64,000 nucleotides of DNA from Octopus vulgaris. Taxonomy: Eukaryota. The notes beneath the pieces were generated by a model. The model was given only the letters and a program-made list of their open reading frames with translations. It made no database searches and had not been told where the DNA came from. The stretch's first letter is position 1. The number at the start of each line of letters is the position of its first letter. The stretch is from positions 123,132,001 to 123,196,000 of the forward strand of contig OX597818.1 in NCBI GenBank assembly GCA_951406725.2, read 5' to 3'. Positions 1 to 13,909 of the stretch are shown here, in pieces. The position numbers and the translations under genes are program-made.

Positions 1-639
1 AATGTTCCTGGAGATAGTAAGTTATCACTGAATTTTGTTATTTTGTTGATGCCACCAGCATCCTTACAGTCTGTTTGGCATTGTGAGATTTCCGCTTCTT
101 TGGGGCTGAATTTCTGATTCATTTTATAACATTCGCCTATTTCTAAAGTAGTAATCTGTAAACGCTGATCGAAGTTTTCAGTAAAATGTGGAGGAGATTG
201 GATTACCGCTACCTTCCTACTTGTACAATAAAACAACAGATCACCACTATTATCGCTACTAACAATGCTGATCGAAAGAGCACCTGCAGTCATAGCATCA
301 TCATCAACAACAGCAACAGCAAGGCAACAAAAGGAACTATAGCAAGAAGAAAAATTAAAACAACCAAAAGAAAAGTAATAAAAATGTGAACGTAAATCAG
401 AAAAAAAACAAACAAAATATTACATTATTCATTCAACACACCTGCACAGTCAACCTCTACTACCTCCAACACCAGGTAGGCCAACACAAAAGATGAAGAT
501 ATGACAACTTACAAATCAAGCTTTGGCTGCTTCGCTGACTCTGTACGCCGATTATTTGAAGACATTGTTTTATCACCGGAAGAAAAGCTGAAAAACATAG
601 GAGGTTAAGACAAAATTTTGCAGTAAACGTCAAGGAATT

Positions 640-890
640 AATCGTCAAGAAAACAACCTAAAAATCTTGATGCATAAGACCATAGCAACAAAAAGTAAGG
701 AAACAGCATCTGACAGAGCAGTAAATAGAAAGTATCTCAAGCCATCCTTGGGTACCAAAGGAAATGTAATCAGGAGAGAAAATTATGGCACAGTAGCATT
801 GAGGTTTCCCGTAGATGATGAGGCCTTGAAATACTCTACAACAGCCCTAAGTATTGATAAACTAATCTTCATACCAAGATACCTTGTCCG
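640..890 (+). pseudogene. Possible decayed L1/Tx1-type ORF1 fragment
   Basis: Non-repetitive ORF 667-924 (RRENYGTVALRFPVDDEALKYSTTALSIDKLIFIPRYLVR) reminiscent of invertebrate Tx1 ORF1 RNA-binding region; recalled resemblance only, no diagnostic motif. Confidence 0.25.
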
Positions 891-1614
891 TATAGATGTT
901 TTCCCATGCTGCGGTATATACTGAATCTGGAGCCACTTCTGCGGAATTTGGATGCGAGAGAACTAAATCAGTATACGTGAACGACTTTATCGTCATAATG
1001 ACGGACATCGGAGGCGTGGATACTGCTCTGGGTGAGTAGAAAATAGTGTCAGTCGCAAAAGTCAACCAAGAAAAGTCAATAGGTCTGGAGGATAGCACCT
1101 GGAGAGAGAGAGATAGAGAGAGAGAGGTCAAAGCCGGGCCCTCCTCAACTTTTTCAATTTTCACTTGAGAAGGAGAGTGAAATTGGAGAGTGAAGTGTTG
1201 TTTCCCAGTAAATTTGTTGAAAGGTGAATGAGAGTGGCAACGATGTTTTGAGTGAGTGGGCCTGTTCTGAGCATGCGCCTATAGAGTGATGGCAATAGAT
1301 AGGGAGATGAACTTACACTAGTGGTCAACCCGACAGTGGCTCTGAGAGGTTTTCACGAGTAGCCCTAAAATTTCTCTCCCATTTAGGGAATCATTTCTTC
1401 TTTGAAGTTTTTGTTTCCTTGTTCTTATTATTTTATAATTTACTCGCTTTTATGTAATCTCGCATTGTATTCCATTTTATTGTATCATCCCGCACCATCG
1501 TCGATCTGTTTGTCAACACTTAGTGGTTAACAAAAAAGAACTCATCATCGTTATTATCATTATTACTATCATTGTCTTCATTGCCTCAATGTAATCATAT
1601 AAATTAAGATTGGT

Positions 1615-1817
1615 CTCAAATTTTGGTACAAAGCCACCAATTTCGCGGGAGGAGGACGTCGATTACATCGATCCTAATGATCTGGTAGTTATATTATCGA
1701 CCCCAAAATAATGAAAGGTAAAGTCGACCTCGGCGGAGTTTGAGCTCAGAATGTTAAGACCGCAATTAAGTAAGCATTTCCCCCGGCGTGCTAACGATTT
1801 CGTTAGCTCACTGCCTT
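1615..1817 (-). mobile_element. tRNA-derived SINE, family M (core CCGCCGAGGTCGACTTTGCCTTTCATCCTTTCGGGGTCGATAAA)
   Basis: Reverse complement matches the head AAGGCGGCGAGCTGGCAGAA and core seen in many copies in this window. Confidence 0.85.
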
Positions 1818-1846
1818 GTCTTTTAAAACTGATACTAGCATGAACT

Positions 1847-2060
1847 AAGGCGACGAGCTGGTAGATTCGTTAGCACGCCGGGCAAAATGCTTAGCGGTAT
1901 TTTATCTGGTTAAACTCTAAATTCCACCGCGGTCGACTTTGCGTTTCATCCTTTCGGTGTCTGTAATACAAGTACCAGTTGAGTGACTACTAGGTTGAGG
2001 TAAGCGATTTATCCTTTTCCCCGAAGTTGCTAACCTTTCACCAAAACTGTAACTAGAATA
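1847..2060 (+). mobile_element. SINE family M, head-to-head with the previous copy
   Basis: AAGGCGACGAGCTGGTAGATTCGTTAGCACGCCGGGC...GGTCGACTTTGCGTTTCATCCTTTCGG...AAGTACCAGTTGAG. Confidence 0.85.
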
Positions 2061-5000
2061 ATTATTTATATCGCAACACGTTCCCAATCAATGTGTTTAA
2101 CTTTTCTCCGTCACACTGACACGTATTAATCTTCTGCTTCAAATATTAATTCTTCTGCTATTAGGTCTTTTACTGTTACTCCCTCCCCTCCTCCCCTTCC
2201 TACTTCACCCTCTTAACTCTCCCTCCTTCTCCTTATTCTTTTTCCTTTCCCCTCTACTCCTTCTTCTCCTTCTTTTTCCCCTCCTCCTCCTTCTTCTTCT
2301 TCGATTACTTCCGTCACCGGTAGAGATGCTGTCAGCTATTACCTCTTACTTGTTATACTGTCAGTTCTTCATTTATATTTAAACAAAGAAGATGCGTGTA
2401 TCTCTGTAAAATATCCCTAACGGTTATTTCGCAATTGTTGCTAAAATTCTTTCAGCTTAATCGTTTAAGATAATTGAATCCAATTGATTAATTAAGGGAA
2501 AAAAATAAAGCATGATTTAACTTAATGATATCGTGTTTAAAGAAGAAACCTTACATTACTCAGTTCGAATCTTAATTCTCAAATCCCTTGTCTAACCACG
2601 AAGCCATTTTATCGCAATGTTAAAAGTGTGACTGCATTTAACAACATTCAGTTTATCATTGATCTAACTCTAGATAAACGTCCATTCGTTTCCATGGAAA
2701 TGACGCAATGATTTGTAATGGAATCAGTATAACTATCTGATGGTATATATTTTATTTTTATTTTTTGGTTTAATTTGCTAGAGAAGGGAGAGTAGGATGC
2801 ATCATTTCTTCTAGGCTTTCAAGACTGTTGAGAGAAAGCAAGATTCCTATTGATATCTTCGAACCGGAGTCTTGTTCGAATATTTACAACAGAGAGTATA
2901 GGCCGCTAAAGGCATCGGAGAGCTAGATAGTTGTGTTAAGCCGAGAGTATTATATGTATCACTGAATAACAAGTACAGGGACTTCTGTGCATATACGCCA
3001 CTTTAAAGTCTTATAATAATGACTACCTTTAACGGCTTCTGGACGATTAGCCCCACCCATTTCCTTGATACGTAAATATACTAAGAGATTAATAGGGGAC
3101 TGAGTAAAACAGCTAGATATCCAACCGATGTGATTCAGTATATTCAATTAATGTTGTTTTTGTTGATTTGCTCCAAACCAATTGCCTTCAGGTTGGTCTA
3201 TGATCAAAAGTCGTTCCAGTCATGACCATCATGGTTTTTCCTAAGCACAAGAACTCAGACCACATTATCCTCTTTGCTAAGGTGTTAAATTTGATTTAGG
3301 AAGGATTTGGTTGTTACTGCAACAAGTTGAGAGACTGCACTGCAGTGATTTCGTTTGTTTGATTCAATTAGAATAATTCAATAACGAATCGAAACAGGAT
3401 TCATCTTGCCGGGAATTAACTTTCAGTTGAGGACAACATCGATTTTTAAATAGAATGAAAGCTGGAAATTATTTGTCAGCTTCGATAACTTTGGTACAAA
3501 TTTCAATTCGTTCATTCAGTGCCACTTCTATTCGACGACATACCCTGAAGGAAATTCCGATTCAGAATTAAGGTATTAGGAAGTTGAGATATTTGCCTCA
3601 TAAATCATTTTCAGAACACAATGAATTTGACAAACAAAAGATTCTGTTAATAATTTGTTTCTGGTTGCAAATATTTTTTTCCCCAAGAATAATTTAGTTA
3701 TACCGATCTTTATATCGCAGAAGAAATTTTTTATTTGATTTTATTTTTTATATACTTTCAAAAACCACTCAGATATTGACTTCGTTGAAGCGCGTATATT
3801 GTATTCAGAGTCTGAGAAATTATGAGCCTTCTTTGGGCCTCTTAAAAACTGAGATATATTTTATTAATCTGCCACATCTAGCAATATCTGGGAAAATCTT
3901 CCTTGATATGGATTTGAGAATAACTGCATGAGGTATGAGTGAGGTTAAGACATTAGTTTCAAGCTGTGACAGATATGTCAGAATATACGGGATATAGGAT
4001 CTACATTGATAGATCATCTCATCTGATAATTTTAACGATAACTGCGCAAAAGTAGTTGTGTAATACTACGTAGAGTCTATGATCTTAATAACGATATTGC
4101 TACCGTACATGAAAATATTTATATAAACATATATGAAAAGATTGTTGTATATAGGGATGGTCAAGCTGAGTAAGAGAACACACGAAGACGGAAAGTGTCG
4201 CTGAGGAGGTCACAAATGTGTGACGACAGATTTCTAAACAATGGACATGCGTTAGAATAAGAAAAGTAATAAACGAGTGAAGAACGAATATATAGTGTTC
4301 GTGTTTATTTGGCAAAAAAACAAAATGACCATCTCTAAATACATCTGTTTCAACACACGACTTCATATCAGGAATCTTGGAACACAAATTCATAAACGTA
4401 TATGAAAATAATTTTTGCTTTAAATTTTTCAGAAATCATCATCTACTGAATGAGACACCATCAACTGCGTGTCGTTTTACTTTTACGTATTTCTATATTT
4501 TCTTTTACTCTTATTTCCCCTTCAACTTATTTCCAATTTTAGATAACCAGCCAGGGGATTGAGAACATTTTGCACAATATGTATTTCATTATATTTTGAC
4601 TGATTATGCTCACATTATAACGATTTCTATTCGGTAAATATCGTTGACGCATTCATGTCCTCTCCCTCTCTCTGCTTCTTTGATAACTTTCACCATTCAC
4701 ATATCTCTAGCTGAGAGATATAAAATCCGTGTTGTTTATCAGCACTTTTTATTATAATTATATCTTTATAATTATATATTAGTATTACTTGTTACCTATA
4801 TGTTTTTTATTACATTCTGCTGGACACTTAATATAATTTTTATAAATATTTTATCCTTAACTATGTATAAATATATATTATTTACCCCGATCAATTTATA
4901 TTTACTGCAGTATTATTTTGGTCCTAAGTGCGCGTGGTTGAGATGAATAAATTAGATTTGACTCGTATACACGTGCGAATAATGTACATATACATGTGGA

Positions 5001-5404
5001 TGTGTATTATTCGTATGGGTATGTATAAATATTTGCATTTATGTACTGTGGGATATATTTTACTGAAGACGGCAGAGGGATTTTATATCTCTAAGATAGA
5101 AATCTTTCTTTAATTAACCCTTTTATTTAAAAAGTCCTTCTCTATTCAGTTTTTCGCTTTCAACCTGTGCTTACAGAGTGCAATATGTGGTTTTAGCGCC
5201 ATTTGGATATATCAATAACATGTTGGTGTTGTTCATCAGCACCCTCTATTTTAATTCCATTTTTATAATTAGCATTAATTGTTGTCTATATGGTTTTTTA
5301 TGACCTGCTGACCACTTGACAAAATCTTCATGAAAATTTCATCTTTACTTTATGTATAAATATATATTGTTTATTCTAATCAATTTATATTCAATGCGGT
5401 ATTA

Positions 5405-5775
5405 GTTTGGAATTAGAACTGTACGACCTCTGTTGGATCCTGTTACCAATGATGCCTCTACACAATGTTCATGACGTCATTGCACTTTCATGCGAGTTCC
5501 ATTACATAATCTTTGACTGATCGAAAGAATTCTTAGTAGCATTACAATAGCCTCTACTTTTAAGACGAGGCGACGAGGAGACATACTGGATGGAGTGAGT
5601 GAGTTTATAAATTCAAATGGATAGTTCTGAACCTCCTCTTCATTATTGCAGGACAATGAATCTGTGCTTATATACGTTTTAAGTGCCTCTGGTATAATAT
5701 TAAGAACTTTTTCCATTTATTGCAGGACAGTCAGAATTTTTAGGTGATAAAATTACTCGTTTTTCCATCTCCCCT
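5405..5775 (-). mobile_element. Helitron RepHel PIF1-helicase fragment (pseudogenised)
   Basis: KRVILSPKNSDCPAIN/(frameshift)EKVLNIIPEALKTYISTDS..YPFEFINSLTPSSMSPRRLVLKVEAIVMLLRILSISQRLCNGTRMKVQ*RHEHCVEASLVTGSNRGRTVLIP matches the Helitron helicase motif EFLNSLxPSGMPPHxLxLKVGxxVMLLRNL..GLCNGTR. Confidence 0.9.
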
Positions 5776-5927
5776 GGCGTGCAGTTGTTGAAGATTTCTC
5801 GGTACAAATATACAAATTGAAATGCAAAAGAACGAAATAATAAATGGTTTTATGAATGCAAGTTTGGTAATTGCGTTTATTTCCACCACGGGACACTTAT
5901 TGCAAACATGTTTTAAACAGCCTATGC

Positions 5928-6101
<174 letters not shown>

Positions 6102-6144
6102 AAGATTTGTAGCTGTAATTCAAAGGTGCCAATCTTATATTTTG

Positions 6145-6235
6145 TGTGAGGCTGAATCTCCCTGAGAACTACGTTAAAGTTATGCATGTCTGTGGAGTCC
6201 TCAGTCATTTGTGAATAAATTTTATTCTCGTGTGG
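6145..6235 (+). mobile_element. 3' fragment of tRNA-Arg-like SINE family R1
   Basis: GCTGAATCTCCCTGAGAACTACGTTAAAGTTATGCATGTCTGTGGAGTCCTCAG matches 21357-21410. Confidence 0.7.
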
Positions 6236-6604
6236 TAATGAAAGGTGAAATTGACAACCAGAATTTGTTGTCTATCTATGTATGAACTGTCTCTCTCACT
6301 TTCTCTATTTCTCTTTCACTTCCTCTGTGTCCCTCTTCTCTCCCGCTTTTGATATAACAATGTGTATAAATATCTATGATTCTACTTCTCTTGCGATGTG
6401 ATAAACATTTAAAAACAAAAAAAACGAACGCCGCCACTACTCACCGTCTCTTTCACTTACTCTCTCTTTTTCTCTTACTTCCTCTATGTTCTCATCTCTC
6501 TCGCTTTGCCACTTATTTGAAGTAAGTGTGACGCACATAACAGGTACGTACAAAAACAAAAAGTAAGCATATTAATATTATTGATAATAATATTAATGAT
6601 AATG

Positions 6605-6674
<70 letters not shown>

Positions 6675-6849
6675 GTTTATATATATGTTGTGCAAGATTT
6701 TTTATGTGAAGTCGTGTGTTGATACAGATATTGTTATATTTAGGAATGGTCATTTTGCCAGTTTAGCCAATAAAAACACACGCACTATATATTTAGTGTT
6801 ACTTTGCTTCAGTGTTATTTATTTTTTACATTAATCTTAATCTTATTTC

Positions 6850-6894
6850 GGCCAGAGTTCTTTCGTCACATTCCTGTGACCGCATCAGTGGTCC
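6850..6894 (-). ncRNA. Type I hammerhead-like motif (core CUGAUGC)
   Basis: Minus strand: GGACCA CTGATGC G GTCAC aggaat GTGAC GAAA GAAC TC TGGCC; stem I CCA/TGG, stem II 5 bp, A9 replaced by C. Confidence 0.6.
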
Positions 6895-7084
6895 TTTGTT
6901 TTCTTCTTTCTTATTTGTGTCTCTCCTTGCTAAACGTCAGCCATTTTGTATTTCTATTCTATGTCTTCATTTGCGAATGCTTATATCTCTATGTGCGTCT
7001 ATGTTTATTTAGTGTGTGGGGGGGATGCCTGTAATATTTGTATCTTTTGTTTATATACGTTCATGTAATTTGTTTTTGTTGTTG

Positions 7085-7120
<36 letters not shown>

Positions 7121-7425
7121 GATTTATTACTATTATTACTAGTATTGTTGTTATACATACATACATACAAGCATATGTAATGATAATAATAAGTAGATGT
7201 AAACACACGAACAAAATAAGAATTTAACAAAAACAACAACAAAAACAAATTACCTGAACGTATATAAACAGAAGATACAAATATTACAGGCATCCCCCCC
7301 CAACACACTAAAGAAACATCGATGCACATAGAGATATAAGCATGCGCAAATGAAGACATACAATAGAAATACAAAATGGCTGACGGTTAGTATGGAGAGA
7401 CACAAATAAGAAAGAAGAAAACAAA

Positions 7426-7470
7426 GGACCAGTGATGCGGTCACAGGAGTGTGACGAAAGAACTCTGGCC
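7426..7470 (+). ncRNA. Type I hammerhead-like motif, degenerate twin of 6850-6894
   Basis: GGACCA GTGATGC G GTCAC aggagt GTGAC GAAA GAAC TC TGGCC; C3->G uncompensated. Confidence 0.45.
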
Positions 7471-7593
7471 GAAATAAGATTAAGATTAATGTAAAAAATA
7501 AATAACACTGACGCAAAGTAACACCTAATATATAGTGCGTGTGAATTTATTGGCTAAACTGGCAAAATGACCATTCCTAAATATGACAATAAC

Positions 7594-7643
<50 letters not shown>

Positions 7644-7687
7644 TGATGATGATGATGATGATGCTGATGTTGATGCTAATAATAATC

Positions 7688-7810
7688 GTTCCTACTAAAG
7701 CACAACGCCTGAAATTTATGGGAAGGGTCTAGTCGATTATATCGACCCCAGTAGTTAACTGGTACTTATTTTCCCGATCCCGAAAAAAATTAAAGACAAA
7801 ATTGACTTGG
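7688..7810 (-). mobile_element. SINE family M 3' half
   Basis: GTCGATTATATCGACCCCAGTAGTTAACTGGTACTTATTT is the reverse complement of the family body/tail. Confidence 0.7.
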
Positions 7811-7818
7811 ATGTGTGT

Positions 7819-7857
<39 letters not shown>

Positions 7858-8139
7858 GATAGGTACAGACAGTCAGACAGACAGATAAATAGATAGAGAG
7901 GCAGAGAGATAGATAAACAAATGGCTTTTGACGCATATTATGGAATGTAAACAAGTGTGTATCTTATGTCTCGCCGATCAAAAGAAAACTTATAAATACA
8001 TAATGGGCAAAAGATAAAATATTTAGAATATATATCAGTTATTTGTTTGATTATGTCTGCAAATTTATATATGATTTGCTGTCTTATATTTCATTCAGTT
8101 GCCTGGCGTTTACGCTATTATTTTAATTAATATCATAGT

Positions 8140-8236
<97 letters not shown>

Positions 8237-8457
8237 GGCAGTAACTTCAACCCTGTCTTGTTTATCACAATCATTGAGCCTAGTGTTTTAACCATTACCC
8301 CTCCAAACAACACTACCATCATCATCATCATCATCATAAAGTACTTCATTAACTTCATCAATTTCATCACCATAACAATGACATCAACATACTCATTACC
8401 GAATTCATTAACCGTTGACATAACTGCCATCTACTTAATTGCAAACATCCGCCTCTT

Positions 8458-8504
<47 letters not shown>

Positions 8505-8595
8505 ACAACCTCAAACAGCAATATCATCTTTTTCTTCTTCATCCTCTATTAAAACTGGGATGACCACCACCCACCACCACCACTACCACCACCAT

Positions 8596-8648
<53 letters not shown>
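8140..8648. repeat. (CAT)n, (CAC)n and (TAC)n trinucleotide microsatellite cluster
   Basis: Direct reading. Confidence 0.9.
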
Positions 8649-8789
8649 TGTAATTACGACCGCAATGGTCATTATCATCATCAAACTATTGGCAGAATCT
8701 GCAAAGACGCTGAGAGGAACAGCACAGTAGCAATAAATGCAATAACAATAACAGCAACATCAACGTCAACAACAATAGCAAAGACTACG

Positions 8790-8945
8790 ATCAGGCTGTC
8801 TCGTAAGAAGCATGCTTCCCAACCACATGGTTCCGGGTTCAGTCCCACTGCATGGAATCTTGGGCAATTTTGCTTTCTACTATAGCTTTGGGACGACCAA
8901 AGCCTAGTGAGTGGGATTTGTAGACGGAAACTGAAAGAAGCCTGT
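8790..8945 (+). mobile_element. CORE-like SINE family C, 5' half
   Basis: AACCACATGGTTCCGGGTTCAGTCCCACTGC...TTGGGCAA...GTGAGTGGGATTTGTAGACGGAAACTGAAAGAAGCC. Confidence 0.8.
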
Positions 8946-8976
<31 letters not shown>

Positions 8977-9008
8977 TTGTGTTTATATATGTATATGTAC
9001 ATGTATAT

Positions 9009-9039
<31 letters not shown>

Positions 9040-9443
9040 GGCATAGGAGTGGCTGTGTGGTAAGTAGCTTGCTTACGAACCACATGGTTCCGGGTTCCCT
9101 CCCACTGCGTAGCACCTTGGCCAGGTGCCTTCTGCTATAGCCTCGGGCCACCCAAAGCTTTGTGAATGGATTCAGTAGACGGAAACTGAAAGAAGCCCGT
9201 CGTATATATATATGTATGTGTACGTGTGTGTAGATGTGTGTGTGTCTATGTTTGTCCCCCCCCCTCCAACATCACCTGGCAACCGATGCTGGTGTATTTA
9301 CGTCCCCGTAACTTAGCGGTTCGGCAAAAGAGTCCGATAGAATAAGTACTAGGCTTCCAAAGAATAAGTCCTGGAGTGGATTTGTTCGACTAAAGGCGGT
9401 GCTCCAGCATGGCCACACTCAAATGACTGAAACAAGTAAAAAA
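9040..9443 (+). mobile_element. Full-length CORE-like SINE family C with internal (TA)/(TG) microsatellite
   Basis: tRNA-like head (TGGCTGTGTGG box A, GGTTC box B), CORE-like ACCTTGGCCAGG, central microsatellite, 3' GCTCCAGCATGGCC..ATGACTGAAACAAGTAAAA. Confidence 0.9.
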
Positions 9444-9478
9444 TATATATAGATATATATATATGTATGTATATGTAC

Positions 9479-9555
<77 letters not shown>

Positions 9556-9599
9556 CATGTATGTATGTATATATATATATATATATATCCCTAGTGTGT

Positions 9600-9800
9600 G
9601 TTTTAAAAATCAGTGTTGGTTTGTTTACGCTCTTTTAATATAGCTGTTCGACAAAAGACACCAATAGAATAAGTACCGGATTTAACAAAATAAATAAGTA
9701 AATAAGTATTCTGGTCGATTAATTCGCTTAAAAAAATCCTTCAAGGTTGTGCTCCAGCATGGCCAAAGTCTAATGACTGAAACAAGTGAAAGATACAAAA
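9600..9800 (+). mobile_element. SINE family C 3' half
   Basis: ATAGAATAAGTACC...GTGCTCCAGCATGGCC..ATGACTGAAACAAGTGAAAG. Confidence 0.75.
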
Positions 9801-10097
9801 GATATAAATGATAACATAAACAACTAAAAACGCTGCCAACAATATCCACAATAACAAATGCACATATCAGCAACAAATACAGCAACAACTAGAACAACAA
9901 CAGTAACAGTGATAACCAATATCAGCAATATCAAAATGAAGAAATAATATCAGCAACATCCACGATAACATATCTACCACTAATGTCAACAACAACAACA
10001 ACAATATGTGAATGACTCGGACGCACATCATAACTACCGAGACTGAATACTGTCTGGTGGATATTAAATTAAATTCTGTTTTATTTCTATTATTATC

Positions 10098-10134
<37 letters not shown>

Positions 10135-10135
<1 letters not shown>

Positions 10136-10633
10136 TTTTTTTTCTTCTTTCAAATTTGCTTCCATTTCTTGCCGAGTGTCTTCCCGACTCCTAGGGCAAA
10201 GAAACTCATAGTATACATTGGTAGACCATTAAACCAAACTCAATAGTTCGTTCATTTTTTTTTTTTTTTTAAGTTAAATTAAAATACATGAGCAGCAACA
10301 GTTCTCACATCGACAATGCTCTTCTCAATACGTGTGATGTACCAGTTAAGACAATCTTTTGCACTTCTTGCAGGGATGGTAAGCCAGGGATCATTCTCAT
10401 ATAATTTTCGGTTCTCTTCTTGATCATTCCTAGTGCTCCTACGATCACTGGTATTGTAACCGCCTTGAGATGCCACATTTTCTCAATTTCAATGAGTAGG
10501 TCTTTATATTTTCTGAGCTTGTCAAACTCTTTCGCTGAGATATTATGATCACAGGGGATGCTGATGTCGATCAATAAGCAAACTTTATTGTTTTGGTCTT
10601 TCACAACAATATCTGGTTTATTGGCCTTGATGG

Positions 10634-10634
<1 letters not shown>
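10135..10634 (-). mobile_element. 5'-truncated R4/Dong-like non-LTR retrotransposon (RLE domain + 3' UTR) within (AAT)n
   Basis: ANKPDIVVKDQNNKVCLLIDISIPCDHNISAKEFDKLRKYKDL..EIEKMWHLKAVTIPVIVGALG: PD..D..K-type restriction-like endonuclease; (TTA)n on both sides. Confidence 0.9.
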
Positions 10635-10963
<329 letters not shown>

Positions 10964-11644
10964 TTCCCTTTCCTCTATCAAAACAAATGACAATATTCAA
11001 ACCCATGAGTTCGTACTTTACAGTTCGCTGGTAATTTTCACAAAGAAAATATTTGAATGTCTCGAAATATCCAGACGAATTTTCTGATACTCTCTAGTTT
11101 AATATAGCTTTTGGATTTTGTAATTTTTTTTTCAGTTAATATTCGTATTTTCCATTCTATTTTTATTTTATTTTATTTTACTTCTCTATTTTTTTATGTA
11201 GATTTATATTTGTATTTGTTTTAATTTTAATGATGTTCGTACATTGAAAGTTACCTATTTGACAATCTTGTCACGAAGACTCTAGAAAGGTAGAATCTCT
11301 CATTATAACATGTTTTTACTTCATTACACGAATGATATAGTATAACTATCTGTCTATGTATTTATCTATGTGTATGTGCATATATATCTATATATATATA
11401 AACACCAAGTCTCTCATCTATATAAATATATATAAACATATATATATATATATATATTCATATCTATATCCATATATATATAGACACAGATATATATATG
11501 TATATATATATATATATATTTACGTATGTATATTTATAAATATGCACACATCAACACACACAAACACACACACATACATAAAGGCACGCACATACACCGA
11601 CACATAGAGAGATAGACAGACACGCAGGAGATCTAAAGAACAAA

Positions 11645-11856
11645 TTCTTTTATTCCTTTGTTTCAGTCATTTGACTGTGGCCATGCTGGAGCACCGCCTT
11701 ATAGGGTGTCAGTCGAAGAAATCTACCCCAGGACTTATTATTCGTAAGCCTAGTATTTATTCTATTTGGGTCATGTGTCTAACCGCTAAGTTACGGGGAC
11801 ATAAACACACCAGCATCTGTTGTCAAGCGATGGCGGAGGCACAAACAGAGACAAAT

Positions 11857-11899
<43 letters not shown>

Positions 11900-12050
11900 G
11901 CGGGCTTCTTCCAGTTTCCGTCAACCAAATCCACTCACATCACTTTGGTCGGCCCGAGGCTCTAGTACAGATACTTGCCCGAAATGCCACACAGTTGGAT
12001 TGAACTCAGAAATATGCGGTTGGGAAATAAGTCTCTTACAACACAGCAAA
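11645..12050 (-). mobile_element. SINE family C
   Basis: Reverse complement of the 9040-9443 layout including the internal microsatellite. Confidence 0.85.
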
Positions 12051-12344
12051 TCGAATTTAAATGTAGGCAAAATCATTCAAAGGATCTATTCCTTCTTAAT
12101 CATATATTTTCTAGTTAATGTTTTAAGACTAAACAGTTTGAAACTTCGAATACTGGTAGAATTTCTCACGTAGAACACGGTTTACTCTGAACATTTTGGG
12201 CAAAATTTCGTATTTTAGAAGTTAAAGGATTAATACATCTGTTTGCTGTCTACACCACCTGTCTTCGTCATTTGTCTTTTTTTTTTGTGAATTCTCCTTG
12301 TGTATGTATGTATAGATATTCACGTTTTGGTGAGGATATCTCTA

Positions 12345-12571
12345 TATTCTTTACTCTTTTACCTATTTCAGTCATTTGACTGCGGCCATGCCTTTAGTCG
12401 AGCAAATCGACCCCCAGGACTTATTCTTTGGAAGCCTAGTACTTATTCTATCGGTCTCTTTTGCCGAACCGCTAAGTTACGGGGACATAAACACACCACC
12501 ACCGGTTATCAAGTGATGTTGGGGGGGGGGAACAAACGCAGACGCACAAACACAGACATATATATATATAA

Positions 12572-12602
<31 letters not shown>

Positions 12603-12778
12603 CACATATATATATACGACGGTCTTCTTTCAGTTTCCGTCTGCCAAATCCACTCACAAGGCTTTGCTAGGCTCGAGGCTATAGTAGAAGACACTTGCCC
12701 AAGGTGCCACGCAGTGGGAATGATCCTGGAACCATGTGGTTGGTAAGCAAGTTATTTAATATACAGCCACTCCTGCGC
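12345..12778 (-). mobile_element. SINE family C
   Basis: Reverse complement of 9040-9443; head ends ...CAGCCACTCCTGCGC. Confidence 0.9.
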
Positions 12779-13525
12779 ATATAATAAGTTTTAAATCAAA
12801 ACGTATCTTGAATGCAAGATATTTACTGACATCTGGCGTGCTTTCAACATAATACCAATAGATACAAAATATTTCAAAATATACAAATGGAATATTCATA
12901 TTACATGTTACTAACCAACGCAACACACAGAAGTGTTCTTACTCATTTATCAGTCTTCTACGCTTTTCTACGCCACAATTGTTTTGCAATGATTTTTCAT
13001 CCGCTAACTGTTTTTGTTTACTTATTCTGTGGGTTGTTTTCGCATAAAGTTTGAAATGAACCATAAGTGTACAAATTCTAAATTTTTTCACTATTCTAAA
13101 GCTGGAAATAGGTTTCTCTGACGTTGTTATATCAATATATCAATTACGTTTCATGATTTAACCAGCGGAAGAAGATGACTAGCGTCTATGATTTATTTTA
13201 CAGTCTCAAAGACTGGCATTATAAATGATAGAATAAACTAAGTCCCCTGTGCTACTTCAGTTGGAACCATCACTTTGGGGATATTATTGGCCGGCTGTTA
13301 GACGAAATTAAGTATCCTGAACGGAATCCTGAACGCAAAGACCAAGATTAAATATGGAAATTATATGCAGTTATCTACGCATTAATTCGTATTTATGCAA
13401 CGTTAGGAGCTTTTGTTTCTGTTTTACTACATTTCTCTGTACAGCAACCACTATCGTTTGCGAGAACCAGTACTGGTATTTGTTTTAGTTATGGATGTCA
13501 TTTTAAAAATATGCCCTGCTTCTAT

Positions 13526-13909
13526 GGAAGCACTCCGTCGGTTACGACGACGAGTGTTCCGGTTGATCCGATCAACTGAACAGCCTGCTCGTGAAATTAA
13601 TGTGTAAGTGGCTGAGCACTCCAGGGACACGTGTACCCTTAACGTAGTTCTCGGGGATATTCAGCGTGACACAGAGAGTGACAAGGCCGGCCCTTTGAAA
13701 TACAGGTACAACAGAAACATGAAGTAAGAGTGAGAGAAAGTTGTGGTGAAAGAGTACAGCAGGCATCACCACCATCCCCTGCCGGAGCCTCGTGGAGCTT
13801 TTAGGTGTTTTCGCTCAATAAACACTCACAACGCCCGGTCTGGGAATCGAAACCGCGATCCTACGACCGCGAGTCCGCTGCCCTAACCACTGGGCCATTG
13901 CGCCTCCAC
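13526..13909 (-). mobile_element. Full-length tRNA-Arg-like SINE family R1 with perfect 13-bp TSD
   Basis: Head GTGGAGGCGCAATGGCCCAGTGGTTAGGGCAGCGGACTCGCGG..TTCGATTCCC; TSD GCCCTGCTTCTAT at 13513-13525 and 13910-13922; nearly identical to 21115-21497. Confidence 0.92.

Larger units (their letters stand above)
6729..7590. repeat. ~360-bp inverted repeat (arms ~6729-7085 and ~7225-7590), PLE pseudo-LTR-like, flanked by (AAT)n
   Basis: Arms are near-identical reverse complements (ORF track gives near-identical peptides at 6804+ and 7516-); each arm carries an HHR-like motif. Confidence 0.9.

Noticed and set aside
862-1350. Minus-strand 100-aa ORF and upstream UTR-like sequence
   Set aside because: No recognisable domain, non-ATG start and an internal (CT)n; may be a retroelement 5' region but cannot be supported
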